Assembly (NCBI GenBank): GCA_001275005.1
Contig: JWZX01002799.1
Location: forward strand, 1 to 54,717
DNA length: 54,717 nucleotides
Direction of reading: 5' to 3'
Source of the DNA: Chrysochromulina tobinii
Taxonomy: Eukaryota
The position numbers and the translations under genes were made by a program. Of this stretch, positions 25,342-37,776 are shown in pieces. Positions within the stretch are counted from its first letter, which is position 1. Each line of letters starts with the position of its first letter. The notes beneath the pieces were generated by a model, which saw only the letters and a program-made list of their open reading frames with translations, was not told where the DNA came from and ran no database searches.

Positions 25342-28300
25342 TCAGACTCTGCTCAGCCCCCTGCTCGTGAGGAAGTCTTCCCGGACAGTTCCACGCACCG
25401 TCATCACCACCGCCTGAGAATCCAGCAGTCGCTCAAACGACCTCTCCAGGCCCTCCCCTCCCGTAACCACCTCAGACGGCTCGCCTGTTTCAGCGGCCGC
25501 CGCGACGGCCGCCGCGACGAGTGCGGCGGCGTCGGCGGCGAGCCGCTCCGTCTCGAGGAAGGGGAAGAACATCGCTGTGTCGGTCCACCGGCGCTCGAGC
25601 GCTGTGGTGAGCACTTGCATGCAAGGCAGGTCATCGGTGGCAATCAACGTACCTGTGTCGGTCCACCGGCGCTCGAGCACGCTCGAGAAGGCGAGCAGTG
25701 CCGCCTGATGAGGGGCGCAATTAGCATGCAAGCAGACGCCACCTCAGTGCACTCAGGTAGGCAATCAGGTAGGCAATCACGGGTAGGCAATCGCAGGTAG
25801 GCAGAGGCACTCCGAGGTAACTCAGAGGCAATCAGAGGCAATCAGAGGCAATTAGAGGCACTCCGAGGTAACTCCGAGGTAACTCCGAGGTAACTCCGAG
25901 GTAACTCAGAGGTAACTCCGAGGTAACTCCGAGGTAACTCAGAGGTCACTCAGAGGCACACAGAGGCACACTCGCCTGCGCCACGCCCGAGACGGCGCTG
26001 GTCGGTAGTACGGGTAGCAAGGCGGCATCGAGCTTGCCCTTGAATCTCGCCATCCGAGATGCCAAATTAGGGGTGCCCACGAAGAGCTGGAGATCGAATC
26101 TGCCCGGACGCAGTGATTAGGGTTCATTAGGGGTGATTAGGGGTAATTAGGGGTAATTAGGGTTGCCCACGAAGAGCTGGAGATCGAATCTGCCCGGACG
26201 CGTCACCGCGGCAATCAGGTGATCCTCCCAGGGGTGATCCTCAGGGGCAATCAGCCGCCCACCTGCCCGGACGCGTCACCGCGGCAATCAAGGGCCATCA
26301 GGCGCAATCAGGCGCAATCAGGCGCAATCAGCCGCCCACCTGCCCGGACGCGTCACCGCAGCATCGAGGGCGCTCAGCCGATTGGTGGCGATGAAGAAGG
26401 CGGCCTTGCGCTGCCCGCGCAGGTCGGCGAGCTTGGTGAGCATCGCCGTCGTGAGCAGTCGCGACTCCATCGTGAGTGACGAGATGGAACGGTCGAGCAC
26501 GAACTCCTCGATTTCGTCAAACAGGATGACGACCTTGTCCAGCCGCATCAGCTGATCGAAGACATCCGAGATACGGCGCGCCACGTTGGTCAGCCCATCG
26601 CGCAAAAAGGTCGAGGTGTCGACGGTGACGAAACCCCAGCCGAGCCGTTTGGCGATCGCAGCGACTACGGTCGTCTTGGCGGTGCCCGGAGGCCCAAAGA
26701 GGATCGCCGAGTACGAGGCGGTCGCCTCATACTCTTCCAATGTACACGCGGAGGCCGCCCCCACCTGCCCATGGGAGGTCATTAGGAGGCAATCAGTGCT
26801 CATCAGAGGGCCGTGCCCACCTTGAGACACTTGAGCGGCGGGGTAATTAGGGGGTAATTAGGGGGTAATTAGGGGGTAATTAGGGGTCATCAGTGATCAT
26901 CAGAGGGCAGTCCCCACCTTGAGGCACTTGAGCGGCGGCAGCACTCGACCGAGGGGGTCGCATGCCGAGAGAGCGGCCAACGGCTCGATCATCCGCTGCT
27001 CGAGCGTCGTCTTGAGCGTCGAGCCCGAGACGGCGCCCGAGACGGCGCCCAGCACGGCGCCCTCGCTGCCGGCAGCCCCACCTTCCGTCGGGAGCAAGCC
27101 TGAGTCAACGGCGCCCAGCACGGCGCCCTTTTTGCCGGCAGCCCCACCTCCCGTCGGGAGCAAGTCTGAATCAAGGAGCCGCGCCCACGCCGACGCGTCC
27201 GCTGGTTGCGCCCGTGTGCCGCCCAGGTCGGCGAGCACATCGGAGCACAAAAGCGAGCGCGTGAGCTCGTGCAACCTCGAGGCGCAGCGCAACGCCTGCG
27301 CGGTGCACCACCCGAGGGGGCCACCCTCGGGCGGCAGATGATTTGATCTCCAGCCGCGGAGCATCGCGCCGCTCGCCAACGCCTCCTCCAGCACGTGCTC
27401 CTCGAGCCACGTCACGTGCGCCGAGATCGAGCCGAGATGCGGCCGGAAGAGGTCCGGAGATAGAATCTCGATCATCGAGGCAAGCATGTCGGGGGAGAAG
27501 CAGAACGCGTTCCCCACATTGTTACCCTGATGAGGGCGCAATCAGACGCAATCAGAGGTCATCAGAAGCAGAAAGCGTTCCCCACATTGTTACCCTGATG
27601 AGGGCGCACTCAGAGGTCTATCAGAGTCCATCAGAGTCCATCAGAGGTCATCAACAGTCTTCAGAGGTCATCAGTGGTCATCAGTGGCAATCACCTTGCC
27701 GCGCGAGAGGAAGATAGGCTGGCCTGGCGCCCATAATCCATTCTCGAGGTGCTCAAAGATGATGCCCAGCCCAGCCCGAATCACCTTCTCGCGTAATTAG
27801 GGGGTAATTAGTGGGGTAATTAGTGGGTAATTCGGGGTCATCAGTGGTCATCAGAGGGCAGCCCGAATCACCTTCTCGTGTAATTAGGGGGTAATTAGGG
27901 GGGTGATTAGGGGGTAATTCGGGGTCATCAGTGGTCATCAGAGGGCAGCCCGAATCACCTTCTCGTGTAATTAGGGGGTAATTAGGGGGGTGATTAGGGG
28001 GTAATTCGGGGTCATCAGTAGTCATCAGAGGGCAGCCCGAATCACCTTCTCGTTGCGTGGGGGCAAGGCAGAGCCGGTGCCGATGGCGTCACGAGCGCCC
28101 ACCTGTGGGGAAGAGGGCGTGGCGCCGTGGTGAGCACTTGCATGTTGGAGCCGGTTCCGATGGCGTCACGAGCGCTCACCTCGCGCTCGCAATCAGAGGC
28201 AATCAGAGGTCATCAGTGGTCATTAGTGGTCATCAGTGGTCATCAGAGGTCACGAGCGCTCACCTCGCGCTCGCGTGCAGCGCTTCCTTTGAGGCGGTCG

Positions 28301-29475
28301 AGCACGAGCACGTACCTGCGATGCACTCAGAGGCACTCAGAGGCACTCAGAGGCACTCAGAGGCACGATTCGTAGCACTCGCGTGCACAATCAGATGTCA
28401 TCAGCAGGTGTCATCAGCAGGGGTCATCATCAGAGGTCATCAGATGTCATCAGCGCTCATCAGTGCCGCTCCACGCACGTGAGCAGGGAGTAAGCGAGCA
28501 CCATCAGAGGTCATCAGTGGTCATCAGCGCTCATCAGTGCCGCTCCACGCACGTGAGCAGGGAGTAAGCGAGCACCATCAGAGGTCATCAGAGGTCATCA
28601 GCGCTCATCAGTGCCGCTCCACGCACGTGAGCAGGGTCCACGCACGTGAGCACGTGAGGGAGTAAGCGAGCACCATCAGAGGTCATCAGTGGTCATCCGT
28701 GGTCATCAGAGGTCATCAGCGCTCATCAGTGCCGCTCCACGCACGTGAGCAGGGAGTAAGCGAGCACCACCACGTCAAAAGAGTAGTCATCACCGGCGGC
28801 ATCAAAGGCCAACTGCCGGCACAGGTCGTCGTACGCCGAGTCGCACGAGCGCTGTAGGGTCAGTAGCCTCGCGTCCTTGCGGTCGAGACTCTGCCCGCCA
28901 CCCACGCCCGGCAGGAGCGACGTCGCGTACGCGAGCCAGAAGCGCAGGTACGCCGAGATCGGCGAGTTTCGTCCCTCACGACGCCGTGGCCTTGCGCCGA
29001 GCATCGCCTCGATGCAGCCGGCGAGGTGCTCGTTGGGCTCCTTCTCCTCGGGGTCGAGGAGGCGAGCCGCGGCGACGATGAGCACCGCCCGCATTGTGTC
29101 GTCATCGCTCGGCGCGTTGTCGTACAGCGCATGCAGGCATGGAGCGATCCGGAGCGGCGACTGCCGCCACTCGGACGGTGCCGCGTTGATGGCATAGAGG
29201 GAGTAGCACGTCGAAGTGACCGACACGCGATCGCGGCCCGGCGTGAGCGAGAAGCCGTTCTTGTCGGCCTCGTAGAATGAAGATAGCGCCGCGATGCCCG
29301 CCGTCTCTAGCGCGCGCACCCGATCATCCAGCTTGCGGAGCGCGTGGAACGAAGCGGCGAGGGTCACCTCTTGTGAGGCCACAACGCCCGTACGACGAAG
29401 CGACGGCGATGCGAACATCGCGTGCACTGGCACGCGGAGAGGAACGAGCGACACGGACGCAGCGAGAATCCACAT
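25342..29475 (-). CDS. AAA+ ATPase family protein with long N-terminal region, multi-exon
   Basis: Walker A AILFGPPGTAKTT, Walker B VILFDEIEEF, SRH FIATNRLSALDAAVTRPGR (26318-26830 ORF). Upstream coding exons at 26900-27541 and 28726-29475 with a signal-like N-terminus. Confidence 0.75.
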
Positions 29476-29908
29476 TGGGCTGCTGCTATGGGCGTGTTCG
29501 TCGGAGGCCTCTTGGTGGACGGGAGACGCGGCCGCGGTGATTGCGTTCAGTGTCTCTCATGCGTGTGTCTCTCGCCCTTTTTGGCAAGTTCGATCGATTC
29601 TTTTGGCATATGGGCGCATTTGTCCACGTACGAAACTCTCCATGTGCGGAAAACTGGAGATCATGTTCATCATTCACAGGACTTTCACAGGCATCCCTCG
29701 CAAACCGAACTTAATTCGGACCGTCTCGTGCCAAAGTTGAGCCCCACATCCGCAACGCAACACTCTCACTCATCATCACACCGATCACACCGACACACCA
29801 ACATCATAACACGATAACAGAGCGAGAGCGCCAACAGTTGTATACATGTATTTACTGTACCGGGACACCAAAAGCTATGTGCAAGGATGTGAAGCGAAAC
29901 ATCACGCA

Positions 29909-32382
29909 TCAAACTGGGGTCTGGGCCATCTCACCGAGACCCGAACCAGGTGCACGCAGGTCACCGTATTTGGCCAGCTCCTTGTCTCGCGTGTGGAGGT
30001 ACTCCGCGTGGAGGTACGAGTACGCTTCGTGCCTGAAGGTGCGCTTGCAGCCCTCTGTGACGCCACGCGGATACAGGGCGTTAAACAAAAAGGAAGTCAT
30101 GAATTGCATGAAGTCCGGCTTGACCGCAGCAGAGAGCGCCAAGCGGCCACGCATGCCCACGTGGTTGAAACAAAAAGTGAAATTGGTTCCGACTTTGCAC
30201 TCGCCGCTCGCCAGCCGCAGCCGCAGCCGCACCGCGTCTGCAAGGGCGACGGCGCCGACATCGCCAAAGTCGTTGCCGCCAAGGTCGACCAGCTGCAGCT
30301 CGCTCGCCATGCCCATGGCGATCAAGGCCGCGAAGGATTGCAGGCCCGCGTCACCAAAGTCGTTCATGGCGAGGTACATCACCTTGAGGCCGCGCGCAAC
30401 GCCGCCGCTGACCAGCGCGCCGCCGAGGGCCTCGACGCCGCGTGGGCCGAGGTGGTTCAATGCAAGGAAGAGCTGCTCGAGCTGGGGCAGCGCGCCGGAG
30501 GAAAGGACGCCGCTGATGGAGGCGAGATGCTCATCGGTGAGGCCGGTACAGCTGAGATCGAGCTTCTTAAGGTTGACGCAAAAGTTGAGCGCCTGGCCGA
30601 GCCGCTCCGGCGAGCGCCACGGGTCCATAGGGTCGAAGGGGATGCCGAAGAAAGAGAGCTCCTTGACGCCACCGAGGACGGCGCGTGCAGTCTTCTTGTA
30701 CTTTTCAAGCACCATCTCTTTGTCGGCGCCGTTGGTGAAACTGCACTTCTTGAAGAGTTCCTCCATCTGCTCGGGCGTTGTCGGCAACCTGCGAAGTGCT
30801 GCACATGTCGATGACGATGACGATCCCGCAGATGACGATGACGATGACCCCGCCGATGCACGCTGCTTGCCGAGGTCGATGACGAGGGGCCAACCCGCCT
30901 GATGAGGGAGGCAATCAGACTGATGAGGGAGGCAATCAGGGCTCATCAGGTCGATGACGAGGGGCCAACCCGCCTGCTGAAGGCGGAACGTCTTGCAGAG
31001 CTCCGCAGAGCACCGCTCGTACGTCGTCCAGCCGCGGCTTTCGTACGTGCGCTCTTTATCGAATGATTCCGGAAGCTTTTCGGGCAGCTCGGTGAGCAGA
31101 ACGACCGTCGTCTTGGCGTGCGCGTACCACAAGTCCAGCGTGCCCAGTGCAAATTTCGTCGCCTGGGCCTGCGCCTCCGTTTTGCTTTTGTGGTAGAGCT
31201 CGGCCGCGCGCCGCTGGTCCTCGGTGCGCTCCTCTTCGGCGACGAGCTCGGCCGGAGTCCACAGCCTCGGATCCTTCTGAAAGAGGGAGGCCCAGTCGAA
31301 GAAGACGCCCATGTCGCGGAAGCCGTAGGCTTGGCACACGCCGAGCAGCCCGGGGCGGCGCAGCACGCCGAGGCTTGGGAAGAGGGTCTTCAGCCGTTCG
31401 CACAGCAGCAGCAGCTGCTCACCCTCGCAGTCCGGGTGCCTCGGCTCCAGCCAGCAACTGCGAGTGCACGCGAGGACATGCGGAACGGGTGAGTGGTGGG
31501 CGACGGCATCGACACAATGCGTTCGGCGCGCCGTGACGCCTACTAGGAGACGGCGACAATAGGCAGCAGGTCGTCGACGTTGCGCTTGACAAACTTGCAC
31601 GAGAAGAACTGGAAGAGCACGCGCAACAGACGCTTGAACTGATTACCCTCACCAAGCTGCATCTCGAGCACATACATCTCGAAAAACGAATAAAAGTCCA
31701 TGCCGCGCTTCGCCTGCCGAGAGACCTTCTGCAGCTCGTCGACGCCGATGAAGGCGTCCTCGGGCAGCTCCTGCCTCCGCGGCAGCACGCCGTCGTATTT
31801 TTTGTGCACGCTGCTTTTTGGATCGCCGAGCGCGAGCAGCCACGACAGGCGCACCAGACGCACCGGCCGCTCGCCTTGTTCTGTGACGTGTTCAAGCGCT
31901 GCCCAGACCTCATCGTGTCCGAGGTAGCGCTGTGCGGCGGCCTGCGCTTCTTCGGAGGAGACGGCAGGGCTCGTACCTCTCGGGTGTGAGAGTGCCTCGA
32001 GAAGCGATGGGGACGGCTCGAGACGCTCCGATGAGGGAATGCCAAGGCAGGAGCACAGCCTGATGCCGACGGTCAAACACAAGAGCGAGAGTGGGAGGTA
32101 GAAGAGATCCACCACCCAGATGATACACCCCACGATGCCCATGATCAGGGTCACGGGCAGGATGCACAAGTGGACCGCGCGGGGCATCGCGAACAAGCCA
32201 TGCAAGTAGACGTGCACCCCGAGCATATGGGCTGGCGGCAAAATGATGAGCAAAAAGGGGAGGGCGATGGGCCCCATGAGAGCGACGAGCAGTACGGCCT
32301 GGAATACGTAACAGAGGGCGAATTGTATGGATGGCCTCCATGTCAGCGCGGTGCCCGACGGCGAAATGCGGGCGGATTTCAT
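29909..32382 (-). CDS. Transmembrane + HET(TIR-like) domain + RI-like LRR protein
   Basis: N-terminal hydrophobic helices. Splicing 31543-31458 gives VAVSYCWLEPRHPDCEGEQL, then VFFDWASLFQK, LDLWYAH..TTVVLL, YESRGWTTYE. LRRs LKKLDLSCTGL, LEQLFLALNHLG, LKVMYLAMNDFG, LQLVDLGGNDFG. In-frame intron 30973-30899. Confidence 0.7.
30899..30973 (-). mobile_element. Type-B introner-like intron (GC-AG): 26-nt exon duplication + TGATTGCCTCCCTCATCAG cassette x2
   Basis: Sense reads CAG|gcgggttggcccctcgtcatcgacct-gatgagccctgattgcctccctcatcagtctgattgcctccctcatcag|GCGGGTTGGCCCCTCGTCATCGACCT. Confidence 0.75.
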
Positions 32383-32763
32383 CAAGAAAAAAAACTGAAC
32401 GCGCGCGCGATGATGAAGCGCGTCGAAGCGAATCTCTTTTCATCCCTATTACGGACGAAATCAAAAGTACATCTGAGAGCAATCGAAGTCAAAAAGTGGT
32501 CGAAACTGATCCATGATGACTGTGATGAAAGTGAGAAGGCTGAAGCGGCCTGTCTGGAATCTTGTAAATGTACGTAAATGCTCGCCGAAGAGGGCGGGCG
32601 TGTGCGAGCGCATCCTCGCCGCCGCGCGGCTGCTTGCTTTTAGGAGCGTGAGTGAGTGAGTGATCCGGTTTGTAGTAACGGTGTGTTTGTGTCACAATAG
32701 CTCACTCCCCCGATGACGTAACAATTGTGCGCCTCTTTCCGAGTTAGGAAGGGCGAGAAATAA

Positions 32764-34073
32764 ATGCCCCCGATGCTAGCGAAGCCGCACCGCCGCTTGC
32801 GCAACGCACGCACGTCGCTCGCTGGTCCCGGCATCCTGCTGCTCGGTTTGTCTACGATGCACCTTGGGCGCGCGCGAATATTTAGTGCACGTGCAGCTGT
32901 GCCGTCTGCTCCGCACGCCACCCGCACTGCTATCACGTGGCCGGCGCTCGCTTGTGATGGACGGTGTTGCAGCACAGCGGCTTGGCATGAGATCAGCATC
33001 GTGTCCAAGGAGGCGACGCCACAATCGCAGTGCGAGGCCACCGCCGTCGCGTCCATGCGCCGTGGAGACACGGCTCTATGCCTGCCGAATGTGGTCACAG
33101 CGGCGGAACTTGCCATGCTCGTTGCTTGGAGCGCCGCCGCTGCGGACAGCATTCGCCTCGCTGATGGTAAGGCGTCCTCCGACCGCGTACGGATGCATGT
33201 TGCGCCGAGGTCCGCAGATCCGACACCGACTTCGGCGTGCTGCGATGCCATCCTCGGTCGCGTCCTCGGCGTCATCGACCAGCAGCTCCCCTCTGTCGTC
33301 GAGACGCTATTCAATACCGCGAGCGCCACCAACTCGACCCTGGCCTCGTTGAGTGAGCTGCACGCCGACGGCGACCTGCAGTACTCGGCGCGTGAGCCGG
33401 CCATCAACGTCTACTACGCGCCTAGCGGCGAGTTCCTCCCTCATCAAGATCATCACTCCCTCACCGTGCTCATCCCGCTCTCTTCAGCGGCAGGTAGGCG
33501 CGGCAGGTGGCTCTTCCAGTTTTCCTTCATCGCGGGGGCGGCCCGGGCTTTCTTTGGGCTCTGATTCCATGCTGATGGCCCTCCCTCCTTGCATGCAGGT
33601 GGCTCCTTCGTTGGGGGCGGCACGGGCTTTTGGCCCAAGGGTAGTCACGAGCGCGAGGCTGTCGACTCCTTATTTGGAAACTCCTTATTTGGAAACTCCT
33701 TGTGGGAAGAGCCTGCGGTGGTTCTTGCTCCGAATGCCGGTACGGCACTCCTCTGATAACCTCTGATAACCTCTGATAACCTCTGATTGCATACCTCTGA
33801 TTGCATACCTCTGAATGCATACCTCTGATGACCTCTGATGACCTCTGATGACATCTGATGACATCTGATGACAAATGATTGCATCGCTCATCAGGTACGG
33901 CACTCCTCTTTGCTGGCGACGTGACGCACGCGGGGATGCCGACGCTCAATGGAACGCGCCACGTGTTCGTGGCGAGCTTCACCGCCTTGCTGAGCGCGAA
34001 GACGCTGCTACGCCGTGCAGCGGCTCGAGATCTGGCTCGAGATCTTGCTCGCCGTGCCATGCGGCCAGCGTAA
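32764..34073 (+). CDS. 2OG-Fe(II) oxygenase superfamily protein (introns about 33494-33598 and 33740-33894)
   Basis: INVYYAPSGEFLPHQDHHSLTVLIPL (HxD), GGGTGFW, GTALLFAGDVTHAG...GTRHVFVASF (distal H and RxxxxxS/F). Confidence 0.8.
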
Positions 34074-34258
34074 AGTGTCTGTCACACTCAGCACTGTCCC
34101 ACACCCTTGCGGGCACGCGTCCACCCTCTTTGGGGGAACGCGATCTATTCACACCTTCTCTTTTTTGGAACCGAGCATCATAGGTCGGGACGGCCCGATC
34201 TGCCTGCCGACGCCAACGAGCTGCCGCTGCCTGGCGCAGGCGCTAACGCCTCGCGGCG

Positions 34259-35103
34259 ATGCTCCGTACCCTTCGTTCACTGCCGTCCTTCCGCCCGGGC
34301 ATCGCGTACGTGCTCGACACTCTCTATCTCGCACCGACGGTATGAATCACCTGCTTGCACAATCATGGGACTGTCCGGTGCGTCCATCCACGTTCGTGTG
34401 CGTGTGCATGTGCATCCACGTGCGACAGGCCCTATCGCCCGCTGCGCACTCGATGCGCTCGTGCCGGGGTCCCGGCTTTGCGGATCCTCTCGCGCTCCCC
34501 AAGTCACGGGCGTCGCAGCAGCTTGCAGTGGAGTCTGGGTTCGAGCCGCTGCCCATTGGAGCGCCGGAGCCCTCCGCTCAGGAGCTCGCTTCGCTCGTCG
34601 ACGAGTTCTATGCGGCGAGAGGCGCCGGCGACCTTGGGTCGATGGGGGAGTCCGATGCCGGCGTCGTCTTCCAAGGGGAAGGCGATCCTCTCGAGGCGAC
34701 GGCCGTTGTGTTGGAGACGGTGCGCCTCGTGGCGGCGCGGCGCAACGGGTTGCCTTTCCGAGTCAACACGCTCGGATTGTGCGAGGAAGACGCTCTCAAG
34801 CTCCTGCTCGAGTGCGAGGTGCTCGAGCGACTCGACGAGGGAGATCGAAGGCGTGAGACCCGAATTGCATGCGTGAGCGTCTTCCTACCGGCCGCATCCC
34901 CTTCAAAGTACGACGAGCTCCTCGCGGCGCGCGGCGGGCGCGGCTTCCGTGACGTGTGCGGCTTCGTCGCGCGGCTCGCCGAGGCGGGCGTGAACGTCGA
35001 GTGCACGGCGGTGGCGCGCCCGGATGTGAACGTGGCCGAGATAGAGACTCTCGCGAGGAGCCTCGGGGCTCGTTCGTTCCGGACGCGGAGCTGGGTCGAG
35101 TAG
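34259..35103 (+). CDS. TatD-associated radical-SAM-like protein, degenerate (intron 34340-34428)
   Basis: Spliced MLRTLRSLPSFRPGIAYVLDTLYLAPT|ALSPAAHSMRSCRGPGF...EPSAQEL...VVFQGEGDP...RVNTLGL...VSVFL...YDELL...FRDVCGFV...GVNVECTAVARPDV...LARSLGA..FRTR. Lacks CxxxCxxC. Confidence 0.65.
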
Positions 35104-35228
35104 TCTCTGTTCTTTCAATTTGATTTTCATGGGGGGGCCGCGACGAAACTGGACTGAACACGCATCAACCTTTCATGAACAAGCAGCGGTCGCGTCTGAC
35201 GTGTTAACGTTCACGCGTCCGCCACGTC

Positions 35229-37435
35229 ATGCGCTACTACACTTCGTCATCCGATCACATGCGGCGGCGGACGAAGCAGCGGCCGACACATCGGTTGCCC
35301 TTCTGCACATGGTGGCGCGTACCGCGCAAGCGCCGCAACCTCTACGCGGGCGGGCGCGTGCCTGCGAGCGGGCTGCTTGCGACGGCCAGCGCTCGCACCA
35401 GTCCGCAACGCTTCTTTGAGCGGTTTGTCGCTCGGCGACGACCGTGCGTCTTCCGCGAAACGCTCGAGGAGATTTCCGGATTGGCGGAGACGCTCTGGGC
35501 GTCTCAAGCGGCGCGCGACCTCGAGGTACAGGTCGAGGTCCGCGACGGGCCGCGCGACGCTTTCGGCAGGGGAAGGAAGGTGTCGACCACGTTTGGCGCG
35601 CTGCTGGACGGTGGCTCGTCGAATCTGTACCTGACGACGCAGGAGGTGCCCGACGGCCAGCTGCTCGCAGCGCCGCTCACCGCCATCGCCGACCAGTTGC
35701 CGCTGCGCCCGCCGCTCCTGGGCAACCTCGTGCCGCAGGTATGTGCTCCTCCGAGGTCGACAGCGCTTCCCTCAGCATGCAAGTGCTCACCATGGCGCCC
35801 TGACCTCGTGCCGCAGACGATCAACTTGTGGCTGGGGCGGAGCTCGACGCCAGCCTCGTCGGGCCTTCACCACGACTTTCACGACAACCTGTGCGTGAGT
35901 GCTCTCCTTCCGGGCGCGCCGCCAAGGGGGGCCTTGGTGCCATCGATGGGCTCTTTCTCTGTCTCTCTTTCTCTCTCTCTCGCTCTGAAGACCTCTGATG
36001 GCCTCTGATGACCTTTGAGGACCTCTGAGGACTTCTGATGACCTTTGATTGCATCTGATGAGTGCCTCTGAGGGGCCAACGCTTGCCGAGTAGGCTCGCC
36101 CCAGCATGCAAGTGCTCACCATGGCGCCCTCTCCCCCGCAGGTATGTGCTCCTCCGAGGTCGAAAACGTTTCCCTCGGCATGCAAGTGCTCACCACGGCG
36201 CACTGACCTCTCCTCACAGGTATGTGCTCCTCCGAGGTCGAAAACGCTTCCGCCTGTTCTCCCCCGCGGACGCGCACCGCATGTACACGCACGGCCGGAT
36301 TAGGAAGGTGCACTCTAATGGGCGGATCAATTACGTGGGGCATGTGTGTGCTGCTGCTGATGGCTGCTGATGGCTATTGATGGCCACTGATGGCCACTGA
36401 TGGCTTCTGAGTGCCTCGGATGACCTCTGAGTGCCTCTGAGTGCCTCGGATGGCCACTGATGGACTCTGAGTGCCTCGGATGGCCACTGATGGACTCTGA
36501 GTGCCTCGGATGGCCACTGATGGACTCTGAGTGCCTCGGATGGCCACTGAGTGCCTCTGAGTGCCTCGGATGGCCACTGATGGACTCTGAGTGCCTCGGA
36601 TGGCCACTGATGGACTCTGAGTGCCTCCGAGCCCTATTGACTGCCGAGTGCTCTCCCACCGACCGTTTGAATGCACCTTTCCTAATTGGGCACCTTCCCT
36701 AATTGGGCACCTTCCTTATTGGGAGGACAGCCGTCGACAACTGCCGACGGACGCGAGGCTGAGGATAGGTTATCCGAGGCATTGAGGCTGGCGATGCGGG
36801 CGCAGCGGCAGGCGCAGCGCCGTCTCCTGAGCGCCGAGGCGATGAGCGACGAGATGGCGGACGAGATGGCGGGGGTCGAGGTGGAGGAGGCGGCTGAGGG
36901 CGCCTCGGGCCAGATCTGGTCGGCGACGGACCAAATTAGGAAGGAGCTCGAGCGAGCTCAGGCGAGACTCGACGCCGCGACGGAGCTGGCTGTGAACGCC
37001 AAGAGGGCGCTTGCCAAATGCGAGCACGCGAACCGCGAGCGCGCCGCCGCCGCCGCCGCCGCAGAGGCGGCACGAGCGGGCAGCGCCGCCGCCCACGACG
37101 GCGCTCACCCGGGTGCTCATCACGGCGCGCCTCCGCCGAGCTTCAGCAAGATCCCCGATCTCGCGCGCGAGATCGCGGCGCGAGAGGGCGAGAAGCGCTT
37201 CCCGCTCCTCGCGCAATCTCGCATGCTCGAGCTAGAGCTGCATGCGGGACAGATGCTCTACCTGCCGGCGGGATGGTTCCATGAGGTCAGCTCGGACGGC
37301 GGCGGGGCGGGCGACGGGCTGCATTGCGCCCTCAATTACTGGTACCATCCTCCCAAATTAGGAACGCCCTTTGAGCGTCCTCATGGGCGCGACGGGCAGC
37401 CGTTCTGGGAGAGTCGCATGCCGCGTCCTAATTAG
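35229..37435 (+). CDS. JmjC (cupin-like) hydroxylase, multi-exon
   Basis: FFERFVARRRPCVF, NLYLTTQ, INLWLG...SGLHHDFHDNLYVLLRGRKRFRLFSP, LHAGQMLYLPAGWFHEVSS, HCALNYWYHPP. Confidence 0.85.
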
Positions 37436-37776
37436 GAACGCCCTTTGGGCGCGACGGGCAGCCGTTCTGGGAGAGTCACATGCCGCGTCCGCCGCCACAG
37501 TCGTGAGTCACTCGCAAGCAAGTCACTCGCGATACAGCATACACCATAGTACCGCGTTACGGATCACATCGAGACCAAGGTGGGCCCGGCGGCCCAGTCC
37601 TCGAGCGAACTTGTCGAATAGAAACGCACAAAACGCGGGCACTCAATGAGACGATCACGAAACTTGGAGATGGAAACTTGGTGTAACGTCCTCATTCCGC
37701 GGCATTACGGTGGGAACAAGCGAGCACTTGGCCGGCCGCAACTTCGTCGGCCAGTCATTGACCACACACCTCACAG

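Noticed and set aside
26110..28010. TTAGGG-like runs as a chromosome end
   Set aside because: They are short, degenerate, internal and confined to introns of the AAA gene.
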